From assembly GCA_002296525.1 (NCBI GenBank), contig DBIA01000035.1, positions 22,732 through 86,731 of the forward strand: a stretch of 64,000 nucleotides of DNA, read 5' to 3'. Position 1 is the first letter of the stretch. Every line of letters starts with the position of its first letter. The notes under the pieces are model-generated. The model was not told where the DNA came from, ran no database searches, and saw only the letters and a program-made list of their open reading frames with translations. Below, piece after piece: positions 48,452 through 57,124 of the stretch. The DNA comes from Candidatus Neomicrothrix sp. UBA814. GTDB taxonomy: Bacteria > Actinomycetota > Acidimicrobiia > Acidimicrobiales > Poriferisodalaceae. A program made the position numbers and the translations under genes.

Positions 48452-49585
48452 TCAATTCCTTTTGTACTTGTGTTGAACAAATGGCATGGCAGCTATTTGG
48501 CATGGGAATTCTTTGTCTCGGGCGTGAGCGATAAGACGAGAGCTGTCTGCGGCGGCGCCCGAATCGACGTACCCCATGGCAACAGGCGCCTCACGAGTGG
48601 GGCCGAATCCTCCGCTAGTAACGAACCCCACCTCGGTGCCTTTCCGATCGAAAAGAACTGACCCCTCTCGGATGGGCCGCTTCGTTATAGAGGAAATGCC
48701 CACTCTTGTGCGTTGGGTCCCGTTAGCGATTTGATCAAGGATGATTTCGTAACCAGCAAACCCAGCTTCCTCGCGACGTCGCTTGGGAATAGTCCAAGCG
48801 AGTCGGGCCTCAATGGGTGTTGTTGTTTCGTTTAAGTCGTTCCCGTACAGGCAAAGTCCCGCTTCGAGTCGCAAAGTATCTCGCGCGCCCAAGCCACAAA
48901 ACGTGATGCCATCGTGTTCCAGCAAAGCATTAGTGAGAGATGGGGCGTCGTCCGAGCCCATAACAATTTCGAATCCATCTTCTCCGGTATATCCACTTCT
49001 ACTCACTTCGCAGTCGACCCCATCGAGCTGAAGTCGAACGGACTGCATGAAGCTGAGGTTTGCGACACCTTGATGAAATAGGCCAAGAATGGCTTCGGCC
49101 TCTGGTCCTTGAAGTGCTACCTGAGCCAGGTCCTGCCGAAGATTAATCTCGGTGACCTCATGCATTGCGTCCTGGATATAGGCGAGATCCCGATCTGTTT
49201 GTGAGGCATTCAGAACCAAACGGAGCCGCGATTCGTTGCGACTGACAATGAAGTCATCAACGATTCCGCCGTGAGCATTTGTAAATAGCGCGTATTGCAG
49301 CTGGTCGTTTCCGAGATCTGCGATACCAGCGGGAGTGATTTTTTCCAGAGCGCGGCTAACGGTCTCTAGCGACTGCCCTGTTTTGGGAACTAGATCAACT
49401 ATTCCCATGTGGCTTACATCAAACAAACCGGCAGAAGTGCGAGTGGCTAGATGTTCGCTGATTACCCCATCGAAACTGAGAGGAAGCTCGAACCCCGCAA
49501 AAGGCGCGACTTTCGCGCCGTGTTGGGCATAGAGGGGATAGAGGGGAGTGCGCCTCAAATTCTGTAAGTTCGGATCTTCACCCAT
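48452..49585 (-). CDS. gcvT: glycine cleavage system aminomethyltransferase T
   Basis: RTPLYPLYAQHGAKVAPFAGFELPL N-terminus, GLFDVSHMG, SRSGYTGEDGFE. I chose the ATG at 49585 (ORF-track TTG at 49594). Confidence 0.93.
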   Translation of the reverse strand: MGEDPNLQNLRRTPLYPLYAQHGAKVAPFAGFELPLSFDGVISEHLATRTSAGLFDVSHMGIVDLVPKTGQSLETVSRALEKITPAGIADLGNDQLQYALFTNAHGGIVDDFIVSRNESRLRLVLNASQTDRDLAYIQDAMHEVTEINLRQDLAQVALQGPEAEAILGLFHQGVANLSFMQSVRLQLDGVDCEVSRSGYTGEDGFEIVMGSDDAPSLTNALLEHDGITFCGLGARDTLRLEAGLCLYGNDLNETTTPIEARLAWTIPKRRREEAGFAGYEIILDQIANGTQRTRVGISSITKRPIREGSVLFDRKGTEVGFVTSGGFGPTREAPVAMGYVDSGAAADSSRLIAHARDKEFPCQIAAMPFVQHKYKRN

Positions 49586-49617
49586 AGCCACCAACCCGCG
49601 TCAAATCTGACGCCCCG

Positions 49618-49800
49618 CGCTGTCGTGGAACCTGAGAGATTGGCCGCGATTTGCAGTTTTCCCCTTCGGTGGAGCCGTCCGAGGACAACTCGCTCTCCAG
49701 CGTTGCTTCTTCCCTGCGGTCCTGGGGCCTGAGAGTTTCCCGGGGCGGTTGCTCCTTCGGCGCCAGCCAGCTGTGTTACTTGCTGGATGAACTCTCCCAC
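49618..49800 (-). promoter_or_regulatory. tandem glycine riboswitch (two aptamers)
   Basis: Minus-strand RNA. Aptamer 1 is GGGAGAG...GCGCCGAAGGAGCAAC...CUCUCAGGC...GGACCGCAG. Aptamer 2 is CUGGAGAGCG...CACCGAAGGGGAAA...UCUCUCAGGU...CGACAGCG. It lies directly 5' of gcvT. Confidence 0.88.
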
Positions 49801-49886
49801 TGGGTGTTGGCAGCGAACGACATTCTAATACTCCGGGTTAACGCGAAATGGGGATTTAGACCGTATTTGGTATAGGTGAGCCCGAA

Positions 49887-50243
49887 CTAGACGAGAAAGC
49901 CAGCAATGCGATCTTTCGGCCGACCGATGATCGCTTTTTTATCTGTGACGAGAACCGGTCGCTGCATTAGCGCCTTGCGCTCGGTCAATAGCTGTACGAC
50001 GGCTTCTGGATTCCCGACGTAATCGTCCGGGTTGAGCCCTAGTTCTTTAAATTTTGAATCCTTACGGACCAGATCTTCAACTGGATCCTCAAGTACCGAC
50101 ACTATGTGTTCCAGTGTTGCTTGGTCCGGAGGATTCTTCATGTAGAGAACCACTTCCACTTCAACATTCTCTTGCTCGGCGACCGCCAAGGCGTTCTTGG
50201 ACGAGCCTCAATGTGGGTTGTGGAAGATAGTGACTTTAGGCAT
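49887..50243 (-). CDS. arsC: ArsC-family (glutaredoxin-coupled type) arsenate reductase with selenocysteine at the catalytic Cys position (UGA 50210..50208)
   Basis: From ATG 50243 (AAGGAG 5 nt upstream) the frame reads MPKVTIFHNPH-TGA-GSSKNALAVAEQ... and continues into ORF 49887..50189. Compare E. coli R773 ArsC, ITIYHNPACGTSRNTL ... ILYLENPP ... NRPIVV. Arg-containing blocks VRKD, QRPVLV and GRPKD are retained. Confidence 0.8.
50174..50204 (-). promoter_or_regulatory. candidate bacterial SECIS region for the arsC-like gene
   Basis: Two alternative hand-folded hairpins lie 3' of the UGA. One is UCG(U)CCAAG-AACGC-CUUGGCGG, with a bulged U. The other is CUUGGC-GGUC-GCCGAG, with its GU-containing loop ~24 nt from the UGA. 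Confidence 0.3.
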
Positions 50244-50275
50244 CGTTGCTCCTTGATGTACCGGATAGGACCGTA

Positions 50276-51028
50276 TCAGCGTTTGAAGCCTTCTTGAATA
50301 CGTTCAATCATGTCAGATGCAGGGCCGGGACCGTGTTCCCTAGCCCATTTCAACCCCTCGTCGCGGTCCAAACTTAGAAGTTGGCGCATTTGGCGCTTCT
50401 CCTCGCGCAGGGTGTGCCAAGAGTTAGCCGCTATGGTTGCCGCCCATTCAGCGGTTGCGGTTTCTAGCTCATCGCTTGGAACGCTTCGATTAGCCAGGCC
50501 CATTTGCACTGCCTCGACTCCCGTAACCATTCTTCCGCTAAACATCATGTCGCGCGCAGCGACTGGGCCAACTCGCTCTGGTAGCCGGTTTGTCATTCCC
50601 CATGTAGGTACCATGCCCCACTTGCCGTGGGTGTCACAAAATTTTGCATCGTCAGCGCAGATCAACAGGTCGCACGCAATCGCAAGTTCTAAAGCGCCCG
50701 TGTAACAGTGACCCCTGACGGAAGCGATTACAGGCTGGGGCATTGTCTCTATAAAGTCCAATAATTCTGCCTGTTGGTGCGCTCGGGTAGCACGCTCACC
50801 TCGCTCGATTGCTTTGAGGTCATTGCCAGCCGAAAAAGAGCGGCCTCTGCCCGTCAGTACTATCACCCCAATTTCTTCCTGGGACTTCGCTAAATCGTCG
50901 AGGTGTGCTTCTAGTTCCGCGAAGAGCGACGGACTTAAGGCGTTAAGGGCATCAGGGCGGTTGAAGGCAAGAGTGCTGATCCCGTCGTGATCGTTCCGGA
51001 GGACCAAATGGTTGTCGGAGGAGCTCAT
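50276..51028 (-). CDS. enoyl-CoA hydratase/isomerase family protein
   Basis: Crotonase blocks (LAFNRPDALNAL, LTGRGRSFSAGNDL, VRGHCYTGALELAIACDLLI). Confidence 0.85.
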   Translation of the reverse strand: MSSSDNHLVLRNDHDGISTLAFNRPDALNALSPSLFAELEAHLDDLAKSQEEIGVIVLTGRGRSFSAGNDLKAIERGERATRAHQQAELLDFIETMPQPVIASVRGHCYTGALELAIACDLLICADDAKFCDTHGKWGMVPTWGMTNRLPERVGPVAARDMMFSGRMVTGVEAVQMGLANRSVPSDELETATAEWAATIAANSWHTLREEKRQMRQLLSLDRDEGLKWAREHGPGPASDMIERIQEGFKR

Positions 51029-51071
51029 AAGACCATTTTTTCACATCGATGAAATTGCTGCTCGAAGTAAA

Positions 51072-52301
51072 TCATTGGAAATTTGTGTCCAAAGCGTCTG
51101 CAGCCTCAACCTCTTCTCGCGACACGCCCAACATGAAAAGAATCGCATCCAAATATGGGACGTTGAGGGCGGTGTCGGCTGCCTCTCGCAGGGCGGGCTT
51201 CGCGTTGAACGCTATACCCAGACCAGCTTTCTTGAGCATTGGCAAGTCATTAGCGCCATCACCGATGGCAACTGTTTGTTCTAACGGGATGCCTTCCCTT
51301 AGAGCAATGTCTTCCAACAAACTGGCCTTTCGGTCAGCATCAATAATGTCACCTTCGACTTCGCCAGTAAGTACGCCATCAACTACTTGAAGGGTGTTTG
51401 AATAGGCATGATCGAGGTCTAATTCGCGTGCGAGGTGGTCAGTAAACGGAGCGAATCCGCCGCTGATGATTGCAACTTTGTAACCAAGTCGTTTCAGCGT
51501 CCTAATAAAAGTGCGGCCACCAGCGGTGAGAATCATTTTGGATATCGAGCGCTCAATGATCTCTTGCTTTGCTCCCTTCAGGAGTGCGACACGTTTTCTA
51601 AGTGCATCCACGTAGTCGATTTCTCCGAGCATTGCTCTCTCGGTCAAATTGGCAACTTCTTCTTGGTGTCCTGCTTCTGCACCAAGTAGGTCAATAACTT
51701 CGTTACGAATCAAAGTTGAGTCAACATCGAGAACCACGAGGCGACTTGAGCGGCGCGATAAGTCGTGAGGTTGAATCGCGACATCTATTTCTTCCTGAGC
51801 GGCGACGTCCATTACTGACGCTTGTAGTTTGTCGAGATCGGCTCCTTCGACCAGGAACTCGTAACTCCAAACGGGAAAACGTGAGAGGCGATGAATTCTG
51901 TGTATGTTGCCGCCACTGGAGGCTATAGCTCCGCTTGCTCGAGCTAACGAAGTCGGCGACAACTCTGGCGCCAAAATAGTTACTACCTGTCTTCTGGCAT
52001 GACGCGTTGGCGCGGCATCGACGACCTCAAAGTCGATCTCGAGGCCTCTTTCCCATCCGAATAACAGCACTTCCTTTACCAAGTCTCGCCCAATTGGTAC
52101 AACGACCGCCAGACCCAGAGTCAACTGTCGACGAACAACGACCTGTTCTATATCTTGCAGTTCGGCGTCGAGGCCGGCCAAAAGGCTCAATAAGTCGGTC
52201 GTTATTCCGGGTCGGTCGTTTCCGGTAACGCGTATTAAAATTGTTTCGGGGACAGCCACTTGTCTGACCGTAGCCCTATTGGCGCGACCAAATAGAGTCA
52301 T
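51072..52301 (-). CDS. serB: phosphoserine phosphatase with N-terminal ACT domains
   Basis: HAD motif I VLDVDSTLI, motif III/IV (GDGANDLPML), and two N-terminal ACT-like repeats, as in actinobacterial SerB. Confidence 0.9.
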   Translation of the reverse strand: MTLFGRANRATVRQVAVPETILIRVTGNDRPGITTDLLSLLAGLDAELQDIEQVVVRRQLTLGLAVVVPIGRDLVKEVLLFGWERGLEIDFEVVDAAPTRHARRQVVTILAPELSPTSLARASGAIASSGGNIHRIHRLSRFPVWSYEFLVEGADLDKLQASVMDVAAQEEIDVAIQPHDLSRRSSRLVVLDVDSTLIRNEVIDLLGAEAGHQEEVANLTERAMLGEIDYVDALRKRVALLKGAKQEIIERSISKMILTAGGRTFIRTLKRLGYKVAIISGGFAPFTDHLARELDLDHAYSNTLQVVDGVLTGEVEGDIIDADRKASLLEDIALREGIPLEQTVAIGDGANDLPMLKKAGLGIAFNAKPALREAADTALNVPYLDAILFMLGVSREEVEAADALDTNFQ

Positions 52302-52456
52302 TTTGCATTAAGTCAGCAAATTGTTGAATTGCTTAAAGGGGAAGCCTCGAGTTCGAGAATCGTCAGTTGCGTTCACATCACGAATTGAAAAGTAACAGCC
52401 GAAAAAAGCAGTGAATTCTGATAGGAAGATCGGAACGTGTCGTGTCGCGGAGAACT

Positions 52457-53473
52457 ATGACGACCTTAAAAGAGGTGTTTCGAAGGTTTGGGACGTGGCT
52501 CGTCCTCGCGGCGCCGGGGCTCGGGGTTGTTGTGGTGGCAACAGGACTGGCGTTATGGGCCAATGCAGTCAGTGGCGTCTCTGCGGGAGCTATCGCTCTC
52601 GGTGTCGGCTTGGCATTTGGGAATTTGGCTCCGGGTCAGGAATGGGCTCAGGCGGGTTTGGCATTTGCTTCCAGGCGCGCTCTTCGAGTCGGAGTTGTGC
52701 TTTTAGGGTTCCGGTTGAGCGTCGGGGAACTCCGCCAGAGTATGGGGCTGATCGACGTGCTGGCAGTGATCAGCCTGGTCCTGCTCACCTTTTGGGGAGT
52801 AAGTAAAATTGCCCGACTCGTAGGCCTTTCTTCAGATTTTGGCCGCCTACTAGGAGTGGGGTATGCGGTATGTGGGGTGTCTGCGATAGCTGCGGTTAAA
52901 CCTTTGACCAAAGCAGATGACGAAGAGGTTGCCTACGCAGTGGGGCTCGTCACTCTCTTTGGAACACTCTCGATGGTGTTGTATCCAGTGGTAGCGGCAT
53001 TATTGGATGTAACGCCTGAATTGTTCGGCTGGTGGGCAGGTTCAGCGATTCATGATGTCGCCCAGGTCGTCGCGACTGCAACCATGCGCGGCGACGTTGC
53101 CCTCGAAACGTCTGTTGTCGTGAAATTGGGTCGCGTGGCGCTCCTTGGGCCGATTTTGATTTTCCTAAGCTTGCGAGAAAGAAAAGATGACGCCCTTAGG
53201 GGTGGGATACTAGGACTTGTTCCGCTATTCGTCGTTGGATTCATTGCAGCAGTGGCTGCTCGTTCAAGCGGTCTGATTCCGGCTGACTCGTTAGATGTTT
53301 TGGACGCGCTGAGAAAGATCTGTCTTACAGCGGCGATGGTAGGAGTCGGGGCTTTGGTCAAGCTCCGTAACCTGGCGACAATGGGTGGACGGCCTTTAAA
53401 GGTTGGGCTTATCTCGTGGGTACTTCTCGCTCTGGTAGCTCTGGCTGTAAGTCGGTTTGTGGTTCTTACCTAG
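52457..53473 (+). CDS. YeiH/UPF0324 family putative sulfate-exporter-type membrane protein
   Basis: Polytopic membrane protein with family-like blocks (GVGYAVCGVSAIAA, HDVAQVVA). I chose the ATG at 52457 (GGAGA upstream); the ORF-track GTG is at 52442. Confidence 0.65.
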   Translation: MTTLKEVFRRFGTWLVLAAPGLGVVVVATGLALWANAVSGVSAGAIALGVGLAFGNLAPGQEWAQAGLAFASRRALRVGVVLLGFRLSVGELRQSMGLIDVLAVISLVLLTFWGVSKIARLVGLSSDFGRLLGVGYAVCGVSAIAAVKPLTKADDEEVAYAVGLVTLFGTLSMVLYPVVAALLDVTPELFGWWAGSAIHDVAQVVATATMRGDVALETSVVVKLGRVALLGPILIFLSLRERKDDALRGGILGLVPLFVVGFIAAVAARSSGLIPADSLDVLDALRKICLTAAMVGVGALVKLRNLATMGGRPLKVGLISWVLLALVALAVSRFVVLT

Positions 53474-53550
53474 CTTAAATCCGGCGATCAGCTGAGCGCC
53501 GTACGAACATCGGAGTACCGTTTAAAGCCTGCAGGATTTGGAGGTCCACA

Positions 53551-54687
53551 GTGTTGATCAACGGAATGTGTGATGAAGAGTTCTCGTTAGTTCGCGATGC
53601 GTTCGAAGCTAACTTTTTAGCCGGAGATGAACTGGGCGCGAGCGTCGCTGTCACAGTTGACGGGCGTTATGTAGTCGACCTATGGGCCGGCGATCGTAAC
53701 AAAAACGGTGAATCATGGAATAGCGACACGATTGTCAATGTGTACTCGACAACCAAAACGATGGCCTCAATTTGCCTACTGATGTTGGCCGACAGACAAG
53801 CTATCGATTTTGACCTCCCGGTAGCTCACTACTGGCCAGAGTTCGCTGCCAACGACAAAGACAAAGTCTTGGTGCGTCACGTCATGACCCATCAAACCGG
53901 ATGCTCGGGTTTCCCGAGACCGATAACAGCCACCGAACTCTACGACCATTCACTTACTGCTGAGTTGTTGGCGGGGATGGAACCTTGGTGGGAAGCCGGA
54001 AGTGCCCCGGGATACCACGCATTGACACAAGGAACTATGCAGGGTGAGCTGGTGCGGCGGGTAGATGGAAGAACGTTAGGCACCTTTTTTCGAGAGGAGA
54101 TAGCTGAGCCTCTTGGGGCTGACTTCCATATCGGATTAGCGCCCTCTGAAGATCATCGTGTTGCTCACCTAGACGCCCCGGAGCAGAGCATCGACAAGAT
54201 CGTCGATGCTGAGCCTGACTCAATAGCGATGCGTACCTTCCGGAGTTGCGTATTGAATGGAACTGAGACGGGGACTAGCGACTGGCGGCGCGCGGAAATC
54301 CCAGCCGCAGGGGGGATAGGCAACGCGCGATCAATTTCGCGAGTGCACTCCGCGATCGCCTGTGGTGGAACAGTTGACGGAGTTACTTTGATGGATGCGT
54401 CGACGATTGAAGAAGCCCTGGAACGCCAGACATTCACTAAAGACTTAGTTCTCGGGTTGAACGTTCCCTATGGCACCGGGTTCGGGATCAATCACGAACG
54501 ACTACCTCTGACCCCGAGCGAGAAGACGCTCTATTGGTTCGGCTGGGGGGGCTCCATGGGCGTCATGGACCTCGACGAACGAATCACGGTGTCGTACGCG
54601 ATGAACAAGATGGCGGGCGGCCTAGTTGGAGATGACCGGGCCTTCAATCTCGTAGCGGCGGTCTATGCAGCAATTGGCAAGTCATAG
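53551..54687 (+). CDS. serine hydrolase (beta-lactamase-fold esterase)
   Basis: SxxK motif YSTTKTMAS and a Tyr motif (GYHAL). GGAGG lies 7 nt upstream of the GTG start. Confidence 0.85.
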   Translation: MLINGMCDEEFSLVRDAFEANFLAGDELGASVAVTVDGRYVVDLWAGDRNKNGESWNSDTIVNVYSTTKTMASICLLMLADRQAIDFDLPVAHYWPEFAANDKDKVLVRHVMTHQTGCSGFPRPITATELYDHSLTAELLAGMEPWWEAGSAPGYHALTQGTMQGELVRRVDGRTLGTFFREEIAEPLGADFHIGLAPSEDHRVAHLDAPEQSIDKIVDAEPDSIAMRTFRSCVLNGTETGTSDWRRAEIPAAGGIGNARSISRVHSAIACGGTVDGVTLMDASTIEEALERQTFTKDLVLGLNVPYGTGFGINHERLPLTPSEKTLYWFGWGGSMGVMDLDERITVSYAMNKMAGGLVGDDRAFNLVAAVYAAIGKS

Positions 54688-54704
54688 CGGTCGACCATTG
54701 GAAG

Positions 54705-55718
54705 CTAGATTGCCTGAATATCTTGAATGACATCTGGGGGGAGATCGGCAGGAATTTCAGGAGACGCACTGGCACCAATCGCATCAGTAAGACCCCCAAA
54801 CCTCTCTGAAATTGCCTGTGTAATTTCATCATGGCGCCCCACAGCCGCAAATTCTCTAACGACGTCATCGCTGACCAAAGACGCCATCTTGGACCACCCA
54901 TCGTTTTTCGAGAGAAAATTCAGCTCTTGTCCTAGGTCCAGAAGGTCGTGCTCTTCGAAAACAGGCCAATAAGCCTTCGTGCTTCCGTAGAAACCTATTC
55001 GATAGCGAACCCAGTCAACCATCTCTTGCACTGATTGATCATCGGGGCCGGTGCAGACGAAACCCCCTCCGCTTATCTCGAACTCTTCTCGAGTCTTAGA
55101 GTTTTCGGCGAGGCCGGTTAGGAGTTCAGGCATTACCTGACGTTCCAGATAAGAGCGAGTGCAAAAAGCGTGGAGTCGGACGCCATCGCAGACGCGACCG
55201 GCTGTCCGTAGCATCGCAGGACCCACCGCTGCCATCGTGATTCGCGGCACTGAGACTTCGAGAGGCTCAGGGGTGAAATTCGGAGTCATAAGGGTGAAGT
55301 TGTAGAACTCACCCTCATAGTTCAACTGCTGACCAGTGCGCCACGATTCCCAGATGGCTCTTACAGCCTCAACATATTCACGCATTCTTCGTGCCGGCGG
55401 AAGCCACTTCACACTAAATCGCCGTTCGTTGTGGCCCCGTACTTGACTGCCGAGACCCAACTCAAACCGTCCCCCACTCGCGCGCTGCAGGTCCCAACCT
55501 ATGTTGGCGGCAATCATTGGGCTTCGAGGAAACGCTATAGCTACGCCGGTTGCCAATGTCAGTTTTTGAGAGTGAACCGCCGCTACAGCGAGAGGAAGAA
55601 AGGGATCATGTCTATTTTCAAGCGAGACGATGCCGTCGTATCCGTCCTCTTCGATGCCCTTAATTGCAGCTGGAATCTCTCGGAGGTCCGCTTGAGGGAA
55701 TGTCGTAAATACCTTCAT
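54705..55718 (-). CDS. LLM class F420-dependent oxidoreductase-like protein
   Basis: Luciferase-like TIM-barrel pattern (FELGLGSQVRGHNERRF). The start overlaps the stop of the upstream PPOX-like gene. Confidence 0.75.
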   Translation of the reverse strand: MKVFTTFPQADLREIPAAIKGIEEDGYDGIVSLENRHDPFLPLAVAAVHSQKLTLATGVAIAFPRSPMIAANIGWDLQRASGGRFELGLGSQVRGHNERRFSVKWLPPARRMREYVEAVRAIWESWRTGQQLNYEGEFYNFTLMTPNFTPEPLEVSVPRITMAAVGPAMLRTAGRVCDGVRLHAFCTRSYLERQVMPELLTGLAENSKTREEFEISGGGFVCTGPDDQSVQEMVDWVRYRIGFYGSTKAYWPVFEEHDLLDLGQELNFLSKNDGWSKMASLVSDDVVREFAAVGRHDEITQAISERFGGLTDAIGASASPEIPADLPPDVIQDIQAI

Positions 55719-56317
55719 GAGCTTGGTCGTGTGGGTAGAACATCAGCGAAGGTGTCCCACTCTTTCCAATCTGGCTGAGGGGGAGTGATCTCACCGCCGG
55801 GCGCAAACTCAGAAATAGTTCCAGATTCCAAATCGTGGATATATCGCGGGCAGTTAGGAAAAACCCGACTTACCTGAACCTCCACGACTGCCTCAGACCC
55901 CTCGAACTGCTCTAAGGACGGTTTGTCGAGGAGAACCTGAGCGTTGCCGTGTACTCGTATCCGGTTAGCTTTTTCGTTCTGGCGAATAAAGAGAAGAGCG
56001 ACTCGGCTTGTTTCGTGGATGTTCCCGAGTGATCGGAACATGCCATTTCCATCGTATGAGGGGAAACGGATTGTCTGTTTGTCTAATACCCGGACAAACC
56101 CAGGGCGACCACCTTTGTATGAGACATCAGGGAAACCATTCTGGTCAACGGTGGCTAAGAAAAAGTACGTGGCGCGCTCAAAGTAGGCAGCGGTCTTCTC
56201 GTCTATGGAATCTTTGACGGTTACCTCTTTGAGACGGTCCGCTAATCGTCGAGCATCAAAGTGGTCCTGCAGGGCTCGCGCTCCTGTCCCATATAGGTCA
56301 CTCGCTTCTTCAGTCAT
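55715..56317 (-). CDS. pyridoxamine 5'-phosphate oxidase-like FMN/F420-binding split-barrel protein
   Basis: FFFLATVDQNGFPDVSYKGG ... ALLFI ... RIRVHG pattern, typical of the PPOX-related family. Confidence 0.7.
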   Translation of the reverse strand: MTEEASDLYGTGARALQDHFDARRLADRLKEVTVKDSIDEKTAAYFERATYFFLATVDQNGFPDVSYKGGRPGFVRVLDKQTIRFPSYDGNGMFRSLGNIHETSRVALLFIRQNEKANRIRVHGNAQVLLDKPSLEQFEGSEAVVEVQVSRVFPNCPRYIHDLESGTISEFAPGGEITPPQPDWKEWDTFADVLPTRPSS

Positions 56318-56353
56318 CTCCTCACCCTAGACGGCTACGCGTCAGTCACTTGG

Positions 56354-57085
56354 TTAGATCTTTGGCTTGTGAGCTTTACGAGAGCCTGCTTCCCAGTCCT
56401 CCATAACAGGATCTGCTTCAAGTGTCCCCAAAACATTGATCTGTGGTGCCTCGCGAAGCGAACGTTTCATCTCGGCGAAGCCAGGAAAACTGGCGAGTTC
56501 AATTACCGCGTTCCAAAGTGGAACTGCATCCTCGTCACTCGGAACCCTCGAAATTACTGGCCCGAAAAACGACAACCCTGAGGGTGGCTGAAAGGAGATT
56601 ATGGGTGTGCCAACGTCGCGCCCGGTGCGCGACAACGCTAACTCGGTCTCTTCTTCGATAACCACATCCCACTCTGGATCGTCTACGGCGGTGGCGAAAC
56701 CTTTAGGCAAACCAGCAGTTTGGAGACACCGTTCTGCATGTTCGACGGTGCCGAGCTGTTTTCTGAGACCAGGTTGTTGGTCAAGGTCCCAATAGTGGAC
56801 ACCGAATGCGGCGTACAGAGATGACATGTAGTCACGGCCCTTGTCTTCTCGAACCTTCGCAGCCACTCTCAAAAACCTCAATCCAGATGTATGCCCTTGC
56901 TCGTAACCGGGGGGAAAGTCCTTTTCGTAATTCTTGTCTTTGTTGAGAATGCGTAGAGAGATGAAACGCCAATCAACCGAGTAGTTAGTTTGTTCTGCGA
57001 CTTTCTCTACCCATCTAGAGGTAACCCAAGCGAAAGGGCAAATTGGATCCCAAAAAAATTCGATGTCATATTTCTCGTTGCTCAT
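56354..57085 (-). CDS. DsbA-like thioredoxin-fold protein with single-cysteine CPFA active-site motif
   Basis: N-terminus MSNEKYDIEFFWDPICPFAWVTSRW, the DsbA/FrnE-like family pattern with the second Cys replaced by Ala. I chose the internal ATG at 57085. Confidence 0.7.
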   Translation of the reverse strand: MSNEKYDIEFFWDPICPFAWVTSRWVEKVAEQTNYSVDWRFISLRILNKDKNYEKDFPPGYEQGHTSGLRFLRVAAKVREDKGRDYMSSLYAAFGVHYWDLDQQPGLRKQLGTVEHAERCLQTAGLPKGFATAVDDPEWDVVIEEETELALSRTGRDVGTPIISFQPPSGLSFFGPVISRVPSDEDAVPLWNAVIELASFPGFAEMKRSLREAPQINVLGTLEADPVMEDWEAGSRKAHKPKI

Positions 57086-57124
57086 AACGACATGATTAGC
57101 ACGTTGCGGCCTATCGTCGGCTAG

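Noticed and set aside
49555-49875. ORFs 49555..49800 (-) and 49651..49875 (+)
   Set aside because: They overlap the tandem glycine riboswitch, and the sequence is explained by RNA structure.
52335-52380. tRNA-like T-loop string (GAGTTCGAGAATC) in the serB/yeiH intergenic region
   Set aside because: No acceptor, D or anticodon arms can be paired around it.
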